Shown: positions 54,837 to 57,034 of the stretch, in pieces
Layout: each line of letters begins with the position of its first letter
Numbering within the stretch: the stretch's first letter is position 1
Assembly (NCBI GenBank): GCA_021790475.1
Contig: JAJYDU010000001.1
Coordinates: forward strand, 1 to 57,034
Direction of reading: 5' to 3'
DNA length: 57,034 bases
Source of the DNA: Planctomycetota bacterium
GTDB taxonomy: Bacteria; Planctomycetota; Phycisphaerae; WQYP01
Position numbers and translations under genes: made by a program
The notes under the pieces: generated by a model
What the model saw: only the letters and a program-made list of their open reading frames with translations
The model's database searches: none
Told to the model about the DNA's origin: nothing

Positions 54837-56762
54837 TTATTGGATGCGGCCGTCCAGTTGCAGCGTCCGCAGCAGCGCGGGAAGCTGGCTGAAGTCCGGA
54901 ACAATCAAATCGGCGCCCGCCCGGATCAGCCGGGAACGCTTGGAAGCGTTTAATCCCCAGCGGCGCACTTCGTCGCTGGCCACGCCCACCGTTACTCCGT
55001 CGCACTTGCGAGTTTCGCGGATCTCCACCGGCCCGTCGCCGAACGTAACCAGCTCCGGTCCGGACAATTTATGCTCCCGTATGATCCGCTCCAGCACAAG
55101 CTTCTTAGCCTCCACCTTCACATCGCCCACGGCGCCGAAAATACGATCCTCAAAGCGATGGGCATAGCCCATCGCTTTAGCCTCGGCGATTACGTCGGCC
55201 ACATCCGTGCCGCTGGCCAAATACAGCTTGACCCCGCGCTCCTGCAAGGCCCGCAGCAAGTGCGCGGCGTTCTTTACCTGGAAATCAACCGATTCCAGTT
55301 CGCCACGCTCCAGCTTGGCCACCCGCAGCTTCACCATCGCCAGCAAATCGTCGTTGTACACTTTCTTATAGGCGGCGGGGTCCAGAATGTCTTGCTCCGG
55401 CACGCATTGGAACCGTCGCACCAGTTGCACCAGGCCGTGCATCTGTACCAGTGTCTGGATGCCGGTGGTCTTGTCGATAAACTGCCGCACGGCATCAACC
55501 ACTTTCAAATAAAGCGATTCCTCGGCATTCTGGTAGCGGTCGCCCAGTACGGCGCGGACCATCATGGGTTCCATGATCTGCTCCCAGCCCTGGCGCAGCG
55601 TCGAAAGCGTGCCATCGTGATCGAATATGGCATGCCGGATGTGCATGTTGGGAAGTTTGCACACCAGCTCAATCTCCGTATCGGCAAGGTACTGCGCATG
55701 CCGCGCATCTTCCGCCAGGTCCGGCAGGTACACGTAATCCGGCGTCGGACCGGCAGCGCGAATTTCCGCCGGTGAAGCTGTTCCCGTGGTCTGCAGCTTT
55801 CGCACGGTGATCGACGCGGCGATATTGGCCAGCCGCGCGGCCCCCACCGGATCGCTTCCCCCCGCCAATGCCGCCGTAATGGTCGCCGCCACCGTGTCCC
55901 CGGCGCCCACCGTGTCGGTGCGATCCACGATCTGTATGCCCGGTACTTCTTCCACCCGACCAGTCTCGGCCACTACCATGCCGCGGTCGCCGCGCGTCAC
56001 GAATACTGGAAAGCCGGTACGATCCTGTATGACCTGCGCGTAATGCCGCGCCTGTTTGCCGGTCAGGCGTTCGTCCTGAGCCTGCGGCTCGCCGGCGAGT
56101 CGGGCCGCCTCATGCGCATTAAGCTTGAGAATTGCGCCCCGGTATTGATCAGGCCGATGCCGCGAATCTACGATAAATCGGGTTCGTGGATGCCTGGCGA
56201 TAATCCGGTTTAGTTCCGTAATCATCTCCGGTGGACTGCTCCCGGCCGGAATTTGCTGGTTGAGTATCACCGCGGCGCATTCGCCCGCCAAACGATCCAG
56301 TTGTGCCGCCAGGGCGCGGATCGTCTCCGGGCGCAGCCGGTTGAAGGCGCCAAAATCGAACCGGTTCTGTTCCTGTTCGTCCCGGTACGGTTTGGCGTAT
56401 ACCATCGTCTGCCAATCGTCCTGAGTATGGAGCAGGGCGGTCGTATCGACCCCGCGGGCCTGCATCTGGCTGATCATTTCATGCCCAAAAATGTCCCGTC
56501 CCACCACCCCGACCGCCCATACCCGCTTGACACCCAGGTCCACCAGATTGGCGATCACGTTACCAGCCGCCCCCAGACTGTACCGCTGCTGGCGCACCCG
56601 CCGCAGCGGAAGGTTGGTCTCCAGCGATCTCTCCTGCTCCTGGGATTCCAGCAGCCAGTAAGCGTCCAGGCAAAAATCTCCAAAAACGGCGATGTGCGTT
56701 TGTGCAATGCCCGCCAGAGATGCCTCCAACCAGCCGTTACCCGAGTTGCGATCATCCGCCAT
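54837..56762 (-). CDS. hldA: heptose 7-phosphate kinase (RfaE domain I / PfkB) fused to a C-terminal HAD-superfamily hydrolase domain
   Basis: N-terminal ~330 aa are PfkB (GAAGNVIANL, DTVGAGDTVAA). The C-terminal ~260 aa carry HAD motifs (AIFDHDGTLS, LASGT, FGDGPVE). Confidence 0.8.
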   Translation of the reverse strand: MADDRNSGNGWLEASLAGIAQTHIAVFGDFCLDAYWLLESQEQERSLETNLPLRRVRQQRYSLGAAGNVIANLVDLGVKRVWAVGVVGRDIFGHEMISQMQARGVDTTALLHTQDDWQTMVYAKPYRDEQEQNRFDFGAFNRLRPETIRALAAQLDRLAGECAAVILNQQIPAGSSPPEMITELNRIIARHPRTRFIVDSRHRPDQYRGAILKLNAHEAARLAGEPQAQDERLTGKQARHYAQVIQDRTGFPVFVTRGDRGMVVAETGRVEEVPGIQIVDRTDTVGAGDTVAATITAALAGGSDPVGAARLANIAASITVRKLQTTGTASPAEIRAAGPTPDYVYLPDLAEDARHAQYLADTEIELVCKLPNMHIRHAIFDHDGTLSTLRQGWEQIMEPMMVRAVLGDRYQNAEESLYLKVVDAVRQFIDKTTGIQTLVQMHGLVQLVRRFQCVPEQDILDPAAYKKVYNDDLLAMVKLRVAKLERGELESVDFQVKNAAHLLRALQERGVKLYLASGTDVADVIAEAKAMGYAHRFEDRIFGAVGDVKVEAKKLVLERIIREHKLSGPELVTFGDGPVEIRETRKCDGVTVGVASDEVRRWGLNASKRSRLIRAGADLIVPDFSQLPALLRTLQLDGRIQ

Positions 56763-56934
56763 GAAACCTCTACTCCGCCAAAGATCAAAAAATCACCTTG
56801 TCCCGCTGCCGGGCCGTTGGTTTAACGAAGTCCTGATATAACAGGTTTCCCTGCCATCCGCCACGCGATTCGCTTGGAAAACATTGCCCGGCGCGACAAT
56901 TTTTTCAGAAGGAGCCGAAGAACGCTCTCTTACG

Positions 56935-57034
56935 GGCGTGGCAATTTTTCCGGGCATCCCACATCAACCCGACCGGCGAGCCACCGGGTTTATCCCGGTG
57001 GGCTTCCGAACTCCCGTGAAAAGGCGGCTTTTTC
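56935..57034 (+). mobile_element. MITE-like repeat, copy 4 (cut by the window end)
   Basis: The first 100 nt are identical to copy 3 apart from the first base (G here, A in copy 3). Starts 172 nt upstream of the hldA start. Confidence 0.8.

Noticed and set aside
8231-57034. Possibility that the 129-bp repeats are a CRISPR array or a tandem array
   Set aside because: The copies are 14-21 kb apart, are not interspaced by short unique spacers, and have long terminal inverted repeats. No cas genes are present.

Overview
This is a 57-kb high-GC bacterial chromosomal segment. Sampled 60-nt lines are mostly about 60-70% GC. It is densely packed with housekeeping genes on both strands: nuoH (partial), glyQS, folE2, hisI, obg, coaX, acs, mnmA, tyrS, guaA, icd, an aldehyde dehydrogenase, tpx, an EF-G paralog and a phosphohexomutase. 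It also holds an ADP-heptose operon (hldA-HAD fusion, hldC, hldD) and envelope glycosyltransferases (GT4, GT2, GT9). A DUF1559/H-X9-DG pilin-like protein and PEP-CTERM proteins point to a PVC-group organism (Planctomycetota/Verrucomicrobiota-like); this is inference only. I saw no rRNA, tRNA or CRISPR array.

Unusual content:
1. A 129-bp MITE-like element with 22-nt terminal inverted repeats. There are four near-identical same-orientation copies, two with 9-bp target duplications, plus several degenerate relatives.
2. Three low-GC patches: an SAM methyltransferase, a Dam-type methylase with a PD-(D/E)xK-like partner (putative type II R-M), and a chain-length-factor gene with a G-depleted spacer.
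3. A stripped-down aryl-polyene-like lipid module (KS, CLF, PlsC-type acyltransferase, hotdog dehydratase) lacking ACP, KR and export genes.
4. A BshC-like protein in an operon with a GT2 and a HAD hydrolase.
5. A 1556-aa PQQ-propeller/TPR protein, a membrane protein and a CXXCH-containing histidine kinase in one operon.
6. A candidate sRNA with a CU-rich anti-SD-like tract.
7. A frameshifted TPR lipoprotein gene and small gene remnants (DUF2130, PEP-CTERM tail).

Many long ORFs in the track are antisense artefacts of high GC and were rejected.
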